64,000 nucleotides of DNA from Prorocentrum cordatum (Eukaryota): positions 1 to 64,000 of the forward strand of contig CAUYUJ010000094.1 in the NCBI GenBank assembly GCA_963575745.1, given 5' to 3'. The notes below the pieces were generated by a model that was not told the origin of the DNA, ran no database searches, and saw nothing but the letters and a program-made list of their open reading frames with translations. Shown here one piece after another: positions 1 to 13,425 of this stretch. A program made the translations under genes and the position numbers. Within the stretch, counting starts at the first letter, position 1. Each line of letters opens with the position of its first letter.

Positions 1-166
1 CCTCCTCCTCCTCTCCCTCCTTCTCCTCCCTCTCCCTCTCCCTCTCCCTCTTCCTCCTCCTCCTCCTCCTCCTGAATCTTCACCCCGACAAGCGAAGCCG
101 TTACGTTCCCGCACCCGAAAGAAGGAATCGAACAAGGCAGGGCTGCTCAGCAGACGCCGAGGGCCG

Positions 167-1050
167 TTAAACAAACGCCAATTGTCGGGTCTGGGTAGTT
201 TGTCCTCCCTCGAACAAGACCGCGGGAAGGGCTGCGCACAGCAGTGACATCCCCTGGGGACGCGATGTTTGCACACCACCCGCGCACGCGAGCTGGTACG
301 CTGGTATGGGGCGGTGGCCGCAGATCGGCCCCCGATGGGGGAGGGACATCAGCATGAAATCGGTGATGCGTGGTAGACAGATCGGCGACTAGCCGCCTCC
401 TGCGCCGCGCGCGTTCGTCTTAGGAGCTGCCAGCAATCACGACGACGGGGGCGAATCGTTGACAAGATGTGCCTCTGACCAGCGCAATGCGCATCCGTCT
501 GAGAAGCTTCCGGCGGTTACACGGGCGAGGGCGGATCCTATTCAACCTAATCGCTTAGAGCGCGTCTAACCAGCTCCTGTACTTAGGAGCTATCCCAACT
601 CAGCGCAACAACTGCAGCTTGCTGTCAAGTGGGCTCTCGCTCTCACTTGGTACTTCATGAACACGTGTGGCCCTACGTCTGACTGGTGCAGCAGCTTCCT
701 GAAAGCAGGGCGGCTCCGATCTAGACTGAACGCTTTCGCGCGATGCCCCCTCAATTTTGTGAACGCCAGACGCTTCCTAACGCTGCGCCACACATGTGCC
801 AATGGAGGGCAATGTCTTTCCAGAATGAGGCTGTCGCCAGGCAGTTCCGTCAAATGACATACCCTCTGGCGCTCATAATGCTATGTTGTTTCAACGCGCG
901 AGATGGGTGGAATGCGGTACCTGTTTGAAGGCATGGCTTTCGCCTGAATGGCATGTCCATCGGGCTCTCGCAATTCAAGAGGGTGCTGTCCGCAACGAAA
1001 AGGAATTCAGGTGGGGACGCTTGAGGAGGGGCCTTGGGAAGCGAGTGTGT
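167..1050 (-). pseudogene. Possible highly decayed PIF1-like helicase fragment
   Basis: Collinear weak motifs in different frames: DMPFRRKPCLQTG (cf. PFGG..GDF), FMKYQVRA (cf. L..Q.R) and LACAGGVQTSRPQGMSL (cf. LAFA.T.HK.QG.SL). Weak. Confidence 0.2.
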
Positions 1051-4000
1051 GTGTATGTAGCTTCGCTTACGCATCATGAATTTACTGTGGTCCTCCTCCA
1101 CCTCCTGCGTATCCTCCGCGCCATCCTCCTCGTCCTCGCTCTCCTTCTCCTTGTCCTCCTCGGCCTCCTCACCCTCCTACTGCTCCTTCCGCTCGCCCTC
1201 CTCATGCCCACCTCCTCGCACCGTTCGAGGATGGCGGAGAAGACACCGAGAGCAAGGCACACCGCCACTTTCACGAGCGCATTTGGCCTTGAGTCGTCGC
1301 TGAAGGTTGGCCTGCCTACCCATCTGAGAGCAGTCCTGGCAGGGTGCAACCGCGCGTGCCTGGGGAGCCCTGGCCGAAAACAAGAGACGAAGCCCTGGCC
1401 ATCGCTCGGACGTCCATTCCATGTTTTTTGTCGGTTTCGTGCGTGTTTTTTTTTCGCCAAATGATCAAGGATGCTCCTTGATGGTCCTCGCCGAAGGAAA
1501 AATGCCCACGTCCGAGCGATGCCAAGAGCCAGGACAGGGACAGAAACGGACAGGGACGTCGTGAACCTCTGAGATTCAGCACTTATTGAGGACGTATCTT
1601 GCGCCGTGGCCGTCTCAGAACGTTTTCGGAAGGCTCTGAGGGCGCTCCAGAACGCTCCGGAACAGTCTGTCCCTGTCCTGGCCCCGCCCGAGGTGTACAT
1701 GATAGCGTTGCCCGGAGAAGCCGAGCAAGCGAGCTCTAATCCGGGAAGAAGTTTGCTGGGTCTGTTCGAGCATTCCTCTGAGGAGCGAGGAGACAGGCGC
1801 AAGGACGACCGCATACGCCTAACATTCCTCCCACACGCGCCGAATCAGGCTACCATAAAAGCTGGGGAGGCCCACAATCGGTTTTCGGCACAAATTCATT
1901 CACAGTTTCGCAGGCTGGCACGCCAGAGACTAGCAAGGCCTGTCGCAAGCTAAATGGTCGCAGCCTGTTTTGTGGAAGGTGACCCAGTGTGTCCCCCAAG
2001 GCGAAGCGGCTCCTGTCTGGGTACATCTGAGCATGGCCTTGCAACACGTTCCTCCCATATCCCCCTGCGCACGACTTCCTTTATCCTCCATCCTGCACCT
2101 TTCTCCTCAGACACAGCCTCCTCGTCCTCCTCATCGGTGAGCAATGCTGTCGGCTGATCACGCAGGAGCGCGAGCTCATGAATCATGGCCGACAATGTCG
2201 ATCTCCCCCCTCTTTTTGGACGCCCGAAATGGGTGCGGAAAAATGGGTACAATGCCCAACCACAAATGGTGTCCCAAACCAACAGCGGCCGCCCTTGGGC
2301 AGGCGGCCTTCTGTCTCGAATGGACACAGGCCGCGGCGGCGTGGACAGCGAATCCTGTTCAAGATGAACAGGCAGAGGCTCGGGACCTTGGCGCTCGGGG
2401 ACCGCGGCGTGGACAGCGCTTCACGCCGAGGCGTGGTCGGCCAGAGCCGGCGGAGCGGCACGCTGAACCAAAGTTCCTGCCCGTAGCTCGTCTCTCCCCC
2501 CGCTCCCTCCCTTCGCTTCCCGCTCCTCATAGCGGTCCCGCTCTTCTGCCCATTCCCTCCCTCCGCCATGCTCCCTCCCCATCTTCCATTTTCTTTGCTT
2601 CATCCTCCTCCTCCTCCTCTTCCATCATCTTCCGAGCTGCCTCCTCTCCTGATCATACCATTTTCCCAACTCCTCCTCGTCCTCCTCCTCCTCCTCCTCC
2701 TCCTCCTCCTCCTTCCCCTCCTCCCCTTCCCCTCCTCCTTACCCCATCTTCCCATTCTCCTCCTCATCCTCCCGCTCCTCCTGCCTCCTCGGCCATCCTC
2801 CCATCTTCCTCCCAGTCCTCCTCCTCCTCCTCCTCCTCCTCCTCCTCCTCGCGCCCACCTGTCCCACATCCCCCTCCCTACCGCCCCCCCCCCCTCGCCG
2901 ACACACGCAGGAGAGCATCCGGTGCGCGGCTTCGGGGGAGCGCGGGGGGGGCCAACACGCAAGCGCACGAGCTGCTGCTGTCGCATCGCGCGCTGCGACC
3001 GGGGGGGGCCCTCGCCATCGCTCAGACGTCCATTACCCGTGCAATTTTCGGTTTCGTGCATTTTTTGTTTTGCTTGCTGGTTTGTTTTTGTTGTGTCGTG
3101 TTCTTTTTCTCTCGCAAGATGACCCAGAATGCTCCTCGATGGTCCCTGACGGAAGAGATACTTTTAGAAAACGAACGCGTCCGCAATAAAAGGTCCATCT
3201 GGCGAAGGGTCACTCTCCCGTGGTGTATCGCTCCCTCGGCAATGCATTTCGCCGAGGGATCGGCGATACAGCCGGCCTGTATCGTGAGGATGTACGATAA
3301 TGATACAAGAGCCTTGGAAGGCTATGTCAAAGCTTTGCGAGCGGGGCACGGCTAGCGAAAGTAGCCAAGGATGGACCGAGGAGACAAGGATGCAAGGGTA
3401 CCCTTCGGAAATTTGCCTATCCTTACTATGCGGGTTGACTGCAGGCCGCCGATCGATCCGCAAGTTCCTGGGCGGGGTGGGCTATCGGCGGCGATGAACG
3501 GGCGACAAGGGGTCGATGCGTCCCCCTCCTGAGCCCATCCCCCCGACGTTGAGCCCTCCCTCCCTCCCCACCCTCGAGGACAGGTCAATCCAGACCCGGG
3601 TCAATCAGGCTTTGCAGGATCCTGCAGGATCCTGCACCCAAGACCGGCCCAATGCAACCCTGGCTCTGCAAGATCCTGCAAGATCTGGCGCTCTGACTGA
3701 CCCCCGATTGCACCCTCGAGCAGGGGCCGACCGTCCTGGCATTCGTACAGGCCTACCACGACATTGCCTTAGAACCCAACAATCAATCCTCTAATCACAG
3801 AAGTAACGTTCTTAGAACCTAAGCCCGATGTGTTCCAACAAGCCAGTCCCTGCCAGAAACGTTCCAAGAACATCCCGTGCAGACCACAAAGGAGTTCTCG
3901 GGCCCTTCTCTGGTGGGCCTAAAAGAGGCAAGCCGGGACGCGCCGCCACTGCCCGCATCCTGCGGGGGCCGCCCTCGGTGCCCGGAAGATGCCGGCCGTG

Positions 4001-5498
4001 TCGATGGTCCGCGTGTCGAGCGCGCCGGGCGCGCCGGACGCGAGGCGGCCGACGGCGGCAGGCGTGCAGTGGCGCGCGAAGACGGGCCGCAGGTGGAACG
4101 ACTCCTCCTGCGCCCCGCGGGAAGGCAGCGAGGAGCGGCGGCGCGCCGATAGGGGGCACGCTCGAGCTCCCGGGTGCGAGGTCCAGGGTCGGCTCGGTAG
4201 GGCGGTGCTCCGCCCTCGGGGTGCGCTCTGGCGGCGGCGCCTCGCCGAGAGCGCTTGCCAGGGGTGCCCGGGCCGGGCCGGGCGGCCACGCGGGGCGTCT
4301 CAGAGGCCCCCGGGCCCCCGACGTCGTGCTTTTTGTTTTGCAGCTGCAGGGCTGAAGACCCCTTCCCCGGGACGGGCTTTTCCTCCCGCGAGTCGGTTTG
4401 TGTACAGCCCCGAGGCCCGGGAAGGGCCTCCGGCGGCGCCGCAGATAGCGAACAGCCTCCCGCCGTGATTTTTTCCTCGCGCGAGGGGGTCTGGGCCCTC
4501 TGTGGCCTTCTGAGAGCAGCCCTCCGTGGCGGCCGGGGAGGCGCAGGAGGCGCAGGCAGGAGGCCGGACGCCCTCCGTGAGCCTCCCGAGGAGGCCCGCG
4601 CCCTCCGCCTGCCCCCCCCCCCCGCGGGGGGCGCGGCGGGGATATCTCTCGAAGTCCCATGGGAGGCCTCCCCGCACGGCGCGTCGCCGCAGGGGGCCCG
4701 TCGCGGCGCGGCCTCGGGGCCCCGGGCGGCCCACTCGCCCGAGACAGCCTCTGGGTGGCCCCGGGTGGCCCCCTCGCCCGAGACAGCCTCCGGGCGGCCC
4801 CGGGTGGCCCCCTCGCCCCAGACGTCCACGGCCCTGGGCGGCCCACTCGCCCAGAACGGCCCGAGCCTCCCAGAAGCGTGCGGCCCCCGCGGAACACCCC
4901 ACTGACTCACCACCCAGTGTGGTCGCCGCACCACTTGGAAAGGCCCCCGCTCGGAGGCCAGCGGGAGGAAGGCTGCCCTTGTTGTCTCTCGTGTTGAGAG
5001 GCCATTTCTGGGAGAACGTCGTAAGAAGGCAGGTGCGAATCCCGATTAAGAAGCCACTGCGTCGGACTGGCCATGATTATGCCAAAACTTACATCTATCA
5101 AGCACGGGTTCAAGTTGGAGTGTGCCAAACTAGGTCGGTGTTCGACCACACATTGCCAGCGCCGAAGCTGAAGTAACCCTCCCACAATTCACATCCTGAT
5201 CTTCGTATGTTTCCAACGTTTCGGAGATAAACTTTCGGGAGCCCTCATCGTAGCCACCAGCTGGGTGTGGCTCCGGGAATTTTTGTCAGGTCGCGCTCCG
5301 GGTGGCGGGTCTGGCTACCAGCTTTCAGGACCAGAGCACAGACTTTCGACTTTCGGGTGGTCGACAGTGCTGATATTTAGCGCTCACGAATTTTGGGGCT
5401 GCAGCTGGCCATCTGCGGGCCCAGGTCGAGAGCTCCACTGTCCACGTCGTGGCAGAAAAACCACGTCGCCGCGGGGGTCGTCGTCGTCGTCGTCGTCG

Positions 5499-5561
<63 letters not shown>

Positions 5562-6847
5562 TTGCCGTTGCCGTCCACGTCGCCGTCAACGTCGTTTTCG
5601 TCGTCTTGCTTCACTGCACAGGTGTGCACCTGGCGCGGACGCACCGAGGGGGGGGAAAGGTCAGAGAGCCAATCCCGCCCTGGGTTCCGTAGGATGGTGA
5701 TGATAGAGAGAAGCCTTCTACCCAAAGAGCAGAGGCCACACCTCCGCGCAGCAGGCCTGAGCCGAGCCGGCGAAACGTCAGGGAAGGAGGAGCACGGACA
5801 GGGGTTACACACAGACGGTGGAGGTGAGTACGTGGCCCATCACACCTGGCCTGACATGTGCTGGGGGCTGGGAGACGGATGTCGCGCAGCCGTTGGGCAA
5901 CACGGGGAATCGGCGGCGAGCGATGGGGGGGAAGTGAGAAGGAGAAGGCCTTCTCAGAAGGCGGCGGGGCTCCTCAGAAGCCTTCCGGTCTTCTGAGAAG
6001 ACTGCTGTGTTTTCGAGGAAGTCTTAGAACACTTCCGAGCCTTCCGAGAAGGCCCGCCCTTCTCACTACCCCCCCAGGCTCGCCGCCGAGGGAAGTGGGT
6101 AACATGACTGACGTTGAGGACAAGGCGGCAGCTGAAAGAGCTCGAGGGGGAGGAGGAAGACGAGCAGAGCAAAATCCTGGTCGCCCCCCCTTTTTCTCCA
6201 GATCCCCCTCCAACTCCCTTCTCCTCTCCCTCGTCGTTTTCGCCACTGAGGGGCAACAATAGGGGGGACTGGCATAAGGGGGGGCGCATCGACCTGGAAT
6301 CGGCGATGCATCACCGATAGATCGGCGAGATGCCTCCGACAGTGAATCCGCACCTCCCTGGGCCGGTTGGGGCCATCGGGCCCCTCTCGGCGATGAATTG
6401 GCGATCCGGGGTCGATGCACCCCCCCTGTGCCTATCCCTTCCCTAGAGGAGCAAGCGCCATAAACAGAACTTTTGGCGCTCCGCGCAGATTTCTTGGATC
6501 CGCGCTGGACCCCGCTCCTTGGCGCGCGGAGCGTGCCAGGGGCGGCGCCGGAGGCGCCTCGGGGCCCCTCTTGGCCCGTGCTGCTGGCCCTTGGGCGGAG
6601 GAGGAGGAAGAGGAGGAGGAGGAGGAGGAGGAGGAGGACGAGGAGGAGGAGGAGGAGGGGGCAGAGGAGGAGGAGGAGGAGGAGAAGGAGGAGGAGGAGG
6701 AGGAAGAAGATGAGCAGCTTTTTCTTCATCAGAGTGAGGGGGCCGGAGGGTCGTTCATTGTCCCTGGATGCGTGGCTAAAGTGAGAATCCGCGGTGAGGA
6801 TTATGCTTGTTGCGTTGTTGTTGTTGCTGTTGGTGTTCTCGTCGTCC

Positions 6848-7035
6848 CACCCGCGACCCACCTGCGACCCACCCCGCGACCCACCCCGCGACCCACCCCG
6901 CGACCCACCCGCGACCCACCCCGCGGCCCACCCGCGACCCACCCGCGACCCACCCCGCGACCCACCAGCGACCCACCCACGACCCAATTGCGACCCACCC
7001 GCGACCCACCTGCGACCCAACCCGTGACCCACCCA
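6848..7035. repeat. (CCCACCCGCGA)n minisatellite; inverted copy at ~60340-60420
   Basis: Directly visible 11-12-bp tandem units. Confidence 0.9.
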
Positions 7036-7283
7036 CATTGTTTTGAGAAGAAAATTGGCGCCTGCGAAAAATTCTGCGCTTGCGGCGGGCTTCTTCAGAG
7101 CCTCGCAGACTGCCGACGTACCCGCCGCCCCCTCACTCTTATCCGCAACTGCGGGGTGCTACGGTATGGCTACTTAATCGCCCAAGTCGCTACTCCCATG
7201 TTATCCTCATTGGCCCTCATTGACGCTGCGGCTCACGCACACACACACACACACATACACACACACACACACATTCACACACA

Positions 7284-7337
<54 letters not shown>

Positions 7338-8382
7338 GAAGCCTCTGCAGAGCAGACAAGGAACGGCGGCGACGGCGGCGACGACGACGGCCCCTGCGGC
7401 GAAGGGAGTCCCGCCGCACCAGCTCGCGCACTCTGACCACGACCCTCAGGAAGTCCTGGGCGGGGCCCGGGCGAGGCTGCCAGTGGCGGAACGCGAGGCG
7501 GGGCCGCGGCCCACCGTCGCCCCCCGAGGCTTCCCGGGCACCTGTGGCGACCCCGAGGACCTCCCGGGGCCAACCAGGGAGGCCCACATCCTCCCGACCC
7601 TCCTCCAGCATGATCCTCCTCCTCCTCCTCCTCCTCCTCCTCCTCCGCCCCCTTCTCCTCCGCCTCCTCCTCATCCTCCTCCTCGGCGCTCCTCACTCAT
7701 GCTCTTCCTCAATGCTCCTCCTCCTCCTCCTCATTATATTTTGTCTGTTCCTCTCTCTCTCTCTCTCTTGGCCCCAGGGCTCGTCGAACGTGACAATCCC
7801 CCCCTCTCAGGGCTGCTTGCCCCAGATGGGGTTGATCAAGCCAGAGAGCCAGGCCACTCCAGGGGCGGCCGCCCCCGTGAGCCGCCGGCTGCGGGATAAC
7901 ATTTAACAGAAATGTAGACAGCAGTAGACCGAAGAGAAGGAGGAAAGAGAGACAAAAACCTCGAGGAGGGAGAAAAGGGGAGGGGATGTGGGCGGCGGTG
8001 CGGCAGCTAGCGATGTGATCGGGTGAAGACGGGGTGGAAGCAGGGCTGTGCGGCATGAGCGGTGCGAGCGCGGCCCAGCCGCGCTCACCAAGGTGGACGG
8101 CGCAAGGACCTCGCCGACTCCTCGTGGGGCACTCCGTGGGAAGGGCCCTGGTCCTATCCGAGGAACCATCCCCCGCCGAGGCAGGCGATGAGTTCCAGGG
8201 CCGCGGTTGTTGTCTCTCGTCCTCCACCGAAAATGATCTCTCATGCCCAAACCATAAGAAAGGAAGTGAGGTGTGGCGAAAGCATGTAGTGGCGGAAGGT
8301 GCCTCCGCGCGTTGACGACCTCGCGTCAATCGGTGGCGCGCGTGGGCAAGAGCAGGGAGGTGTGGACAGTGAATAATGCAAA

Positions 8383-8899
8383 CTAGAAACTGCGGTTAAA
8401 GATGCTGGCTTGGTGGGCCCTCGCATTCCGGTAGCTCGCCGCATCGTGCCTCCAGCCTGCCGTCCAAGCGCTGTGCGCCACAGAGTACACGCTCTTACAA
8501 AACTTGGAGACATCGAGGCCGAGTCGGGACGCCAAACCCTTGGCGCTCCCCAGGGCAGCAGGCTCCATGCTGTCAGGATACAGCCGTCGAACCATCGTGC
8601 AAGCCAGCTTGCCCAAGGTATCGATTCGAGGTTTTGCAGCACCCACTGCCTCGCGCCCGCTGCCGCCGTCTGGCCGAACCCGCGCGGAGACGCCGAGCCC
8701 CCAAAACGCCGCCTGGCTACGACCCTCCGCGAGGCTGGGAAACTCATCTCTGGCCTCGTCCGTCCAGACCTCCTCCTGGCTCAAGATACTGGCCTCGCAC
8801 GGCACCGAGGGAGTTGCATCAACCAGGCGTCGGGATGTTGAGCGGACTGAACTGTTCATCGCTCAGCCACTGCTCTTCGTCTGGGGGGGGCGACCCCAT
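8383..8899 (-). pseudogene. Decayed SL-bearing retrocopy, product unknown
   Basis: ATG at 8899 lies 25 nt after the degenerate SL. A short ORF stops at 8819 and an overlapping frame continues to 8383, implying a frameshift. Confidence 0.45.
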
Positions 8900-8924
8900 C
8901 AAAACATCGAACGCGCCAGAACAG

Positions 8925-8946
8925 TTTGAGCCAAAATGGTTACAGA
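8925..8946 (-). other. Degenerate DinoSL
   Basis: Minus strand TCTGTAACCATTTTGGCTCAAA, 19/22 identical to the SL; all three differences are transitions. Confidence 0.75.
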
Positions 8947-9056
8947 AGGAGACGCTGACGGTGGTGCCAATTCTCATGCCAGTAGTGCTTTTGCAGACAA
9001 GCCGCCCTCCACCCGCGTAAGCAATGCTCAACTCTGCAATTTGGTCTTTGTCGTTA

Positions 9057-9251
9057 GGGGAACAAGAAGTGGCATACACATAAAAACTCGGAGGTCCGCG
9101 CGGATTTCTCGGATCGGCGCTGGGGTCCCCCAGCGGCGCCTCCAGCGCCTCCCCTGGCGCGCTCCGCGCGCCAGGGAGGGGGATCCAGCGCCGATCCGAG
9201 AAGTCCGCGCGGACCTCCGAGCTGTTCTGTTTATGTCACTTCTGATTCCCC
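9057..9251. mobile_element. Fold-back MITE (GGGGAAC family)
   Basis: GGGGAA...TTCCCC termini with a long internal inverted repeat (TCCGCGCGGATTTCTCGGATCGGCGCTGG); sister of 10161-10357 in opposite orientation. Confidence 0.75.
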
Positions 9252-10160
9252 TGACCGTTCTCGTCGTCGCCGTCATCGAGACCCCAGACAGCTCCAACGG
9301 GGAACGGGTGCACAACTGGCCACGACCGCGCGACCTGCGGCGCGGACTCTCCGGAGAGCGGGCACCCCCAAGATGTGCGAGCTGTGGCGCCGCCTCCGAG
9401 GCAGGAGTGCAGGAGTGTGGGCGCGACCAGCACCCCCCAGGCTGGCAAGCTCAGCACCTCGCGCAGAACTTCGCACGCACGAGAAGCGGAGTGCAGCAGT
9501 TCGTGTCGTCCTTACCAGGCGTCCCTCTGGTCTTTTACGTGCATGAAGGCTGTGGAACGCCCGGCACATTCGGTCAGCTTGTGCGATGGGTCCCTGGACG
9601 TCCATCGTACCCCCTACTCCGAAAGGGTGCGCCCGACATGGGCGCCATCAGATCCCCGATTCGGGAGAGACGCCATTAAAAAAATCAAAACCCATCAGCC
9701 CGACCAAGACTAAGACCAGACAGGCTGGGCAGGAAACCCCAATCCTCCTACGACAGCGACGGCGAAGACGACGACGACGACGCCGGCCGAGGCTCCTCGA
9801 AGGACATGCGCGCCGCCGACTTGCTGGACCCCCAGCCCTCGATCAGCCTGCTCCCGAGCGCCGTGAGGCCTGGGGCTTGCCAGGCGGCCGGGCACGGAGC
9901 GGGGAGCGCGGAGGGTCAGGTCGGGCGTGTCCCCCTGCAGGCGGATCTCGGACGAAACGTCAGGTAACAAAAAACAAAACGATGCAAACAGAGCCAAGGC
10001 ATGCTCAAGACATCGCCCCCAGATTATGTTGGACCATCCCTGACTGTTCCTCCTGCAGGGGGCCAAGCCCGGCGCAAGCGGAGGGGTGGGGATGGGGCGC
10101 CCAAACATGTACACCACCACCACCTCCCTCACCCCCGCCCTCTCCCAGGAGAGAGGAGTA

Positions 10161-10357
10161 GGGGAACAAAAAGTACCATAAACATAAAAGCTCCCAGGTC
10201 CGCCAGGACTTCTCGGATCGGCGCTGGACCCCCCTGCCTGGCGCGCGGAGCGCGCCAGGGGCGGCGCCGGAGGCGCCGCCGGGGGGGGCCCCAGCGCCGT
10301 TCCGAGAAATCCGCGCGGATCTCAGAGTTTTTATATTTATGTCACGTTTCGTTCCCC
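10161..10357. mobile_element. Fold-back MITE with TA TSD
   Basis: TA-GGGGAAC...GTTCCCC-TA, with internal hairpins GGCGCGCGGAGCGCGCC and GGCGCCGGAGGCGCC. Confidence 0.8.
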
Positions 10358-13252
10358 TATAGTAGCGAGGAAGAGGAGGGCAGAGGAGAGGGGAGGAATC
10401 GACGTGGAGGGGCCGGCGGCGGGGAGGGGAGCGAGCAGCACGGCCCGGGGAGCGCCGCCCCGCGGCTGGGGAAGCCGCCGTCCCTCGGGCTGCCTCCCTG
10501 GCAGCAGCAGCCCACCTCTGAAGAGGCCCCAGGACACACAAATACATACACATACATAAAATGATTCTCCATATTTTCCTATACTTTCTGGGCTTTTGTC
10601 TTCCCCCCCGCTTCCCATATTTCCTTGTATTTTCCTGGGAATCGACGATTAATTGTGTCTGTGTGTTTTCTTCCCTCCTGAACCTCGTGCTGGCTGCCGC
10701 GGCCCCGGCGACGAAGCTCTGCCGACGTCGGTGCCGGCGTTCGCCGGCTGCCACCGCACGACGCTCGCGCAAATGGGGGAGGAGGGAGAGGAGGATTTGT
10801 CTTCCTCCATGCCCTCCTGCGTGGGGTCTTCGTTTTGAATGGAGCACTGCTGCCGCCTTCCTCCTTCTCCCCCCAGCTCCCGACATCTCCCCCCCTACCT
10901 CATACCTCTCTGTTCCAGGTGGCTGCGAACTGGACAACTGCCGCAACTCTCGTGAGCTCCTGGGAGGTCCAGCGCAGCGCGGCCCGACCTAAACTTGAGT
11001 TTGCCCTTGCCCTCCCTGGGACCGGGGTTTGTGGACTCGGAAACTGTCGTCACGCTCGTGGGCTCCAGGTAGGCCCCGCGGAGGGCGCTCTTGCGGGGAT
11101 CCCAGCGCGACCTCGTCGTTCCTGCATGGTGCGAGCTGCGCCACTGCCCGCCACCTTCGTTGAGCTCCAGGGAGCGGCCAGCGGAGGACGGCCTCACTGG
11201 GACCACGCGCGGCCTCGGTCTCTCCCTTGGGGTCTGCGAACTGCGCAGCTGCCGCCCCTCTCGCGAGCTCCTGGGGAGGGCCAGCGGAGGGCGGCCCCTA
11301 CGGGGATCCAGCGGAGACCTCGCCCTGGCGCGGTGCCCGCAGGGCGGCGACTCCCCGCGCCAGCTCCCGGCCGTGCCGGCTCCCCCAAAGACCGGCTTCC
11401 CTGTGGCCGGCGTCTGTGCGAGAGAGGGCTTCGCGACGTCGGGTCGGGCCCCGCCTCCCCGCAGGCACCGCTCGACCTCCGGAGGGCCCCGCGCGGGAGG
11501 CTTCCTGCCTGCCGCCCGGGCGGGGGTCGCCGCCTGGGCGTCTGGCGCGGCATCGGTCGCGGCGCCCCCCCTGACGCACAGCCCGGGGCCTCTGGCCACG
11601 GAGGCCTCGCCCTGCCGCTGCGCCTCCTGGGCGGTGCGGAAGGGCGGAGGCCCCCCAGTCCACGGAGCTGGTCCAACGCCGCCCCCCAGCGGAGCGACGT
11701 AACCGAAACGGGCCTTGCCCGAGATGACGTAGCGACCTTGCGCGGCGGCTTACGCGGGCCGCCGCCGCGGCACGCCGCACTGGAGACGGGAGCGCTCACG
11801 CGCGACCTGACGCGAGCGGCTTGCGCAACACTCAATGTCGGCGCAGTGGAACCTTTTTTTGTTGCGTCGCTCAGCTGTTGCTCGAGGCCTCTCAGAGGAG
11901 CTTCAGGGCTCGCAGCGCTTCCGAGCAGTGGGATATCCTGCGCCACCCTGGCGACGACGGCGTCCTGAGGCACGGAGTGGAGTGTCTAGAGGTGCCTTAG
12001 AGTCCGCTGTGCTGCATACTGAAAATTGTCAAGGTCCCGCACGGGGCCTAAAGCCCCACTTTCCGGACTTCCAGGCGTCGCTCACGCGTTCTCGCGTCTT
12101 CTCGCGTGCAGTGACCAGGGCCAAGGAGCGGCACGACGGGCCTGAATGCTCCCACGAAGGCCACGCGGCAGTCCAAGAGGTCCCGAATCGGCCCAAGAGC
12201 GCCCCAAGACGTGCTCCGGAAGGCGCTGGGAGGAGATCACCTCTGCAAGGCCCCACGAGGAACGCGGCCACCACGTGCGGCTGGAACACGTGCGAGTGGC
12301 AGCGGCACAAAGATCTCGCCGCCCCAGGGCCACTTGCGTCCTGAGGGCCGCGCCTGAGGGGCTCTCCGTGGGCACTCAGGGCTGCGAGGCTCGTGGCTGC
12401 AGGGGGCCTCTGCTTCCTGGCGTGTTTGGTTGTTCTGAAGCATTTTCACCCATAAGTCGGAAGTAGGTAGAAGCATGAAGTATGAGGGCGTCGGAAGTAG
12501 ATTGTTTTCCGCCCGACCCCTAAGGAGGACGGACAAGGTGAAGCCACTCGTATATTGAAGTAGGAAGGCGCTGAAAGTAGATAAGAATATGGGACCCCAA
12601 AAATACATACTTTCAACGACCGATGGGTACCTGTCCACCCATTGTGTTTGGCCCCCTTGGCCAATTTCCGCCGTGCTTGGCCAGCAAATCTTGTTGTATT
12701 TCTTCCTTCCTTCTCCCCTTCCTTCCGTCTCCGCGGTGGATCTTTGTTTCGCCAGAGGGGCATCTACAGCCGTGCATTTTGAAGCTTGCCCTCACGCACC
12801 ACTTGTTCAGGCTTAGGTTTATCTTGCAAGCATCGTTGAGGCCTGCCCTTCACCTCCGCGCTCTCGGGCCCCGCTGCCTTCATACTGAGCTCGCGTGTGC
12901 CCGCCGCCTCAGGCATCGGTCTTCGGACAACTTCGGTGCCCCGTGCAGCTCGACTTCCGCCCGCCCTTGATTTGCACACTCGTGCATCACCCCTGGAGCT
13001 GACAGGAATGACGCGTGGATCGCCCAAGGGCTTGTACCCCTCGTGACGCGTCCTCGGGGCAGGTGTGCGAACAGTCGTGCCGGCGCCTCTCGCCTTGGAG
13101 AGGTGGCTCTTGGAGTGCCGGGCAGGTCGCTGGCAAGATCTGCTTGACTTGGATCCGCTTGGTGCAACTCCTCGTAAAGGCGCGGCTGCACGATGCGGCG
13201 ATCTGTGTCTGCTTACGCTTCGTTCCCAGGCCCCGGCCCCCCCTGCCCACAC

Positions 13253-13425
13253 TGGGGAGAACAAAAGGTACCGATACCGCTGCTCCCAAGGCCTCTCCCG
13301 GGGTGCGTTCTGACCAGGATTTCGAGGCGAATCCAGCGGTGGCGACGAGGGAGGCCCAGGAGGCCGAAAAAGGAGAAAACGGGCGAAGGGTGGAGGTATG
13401 GGTACCTTTTCCTCGCCTGTCCCCA
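13253..13425. repeat. Interspersed ~170-bp repeat (MITE-like)
   Basis: Core CCTCTCCYGGGGYGCGTTCTGACC.G.ATTTCGA..CGAATCC.GCG recurs at ~16355-16510 and ~33275-33450. Confidence 0.7.

Noticed and set aside
3812..5400. Overlapping 200-370-aa ORFs
   Set aside because: GC-rich short repeats with ORFs on both strands and no protein-like signature.
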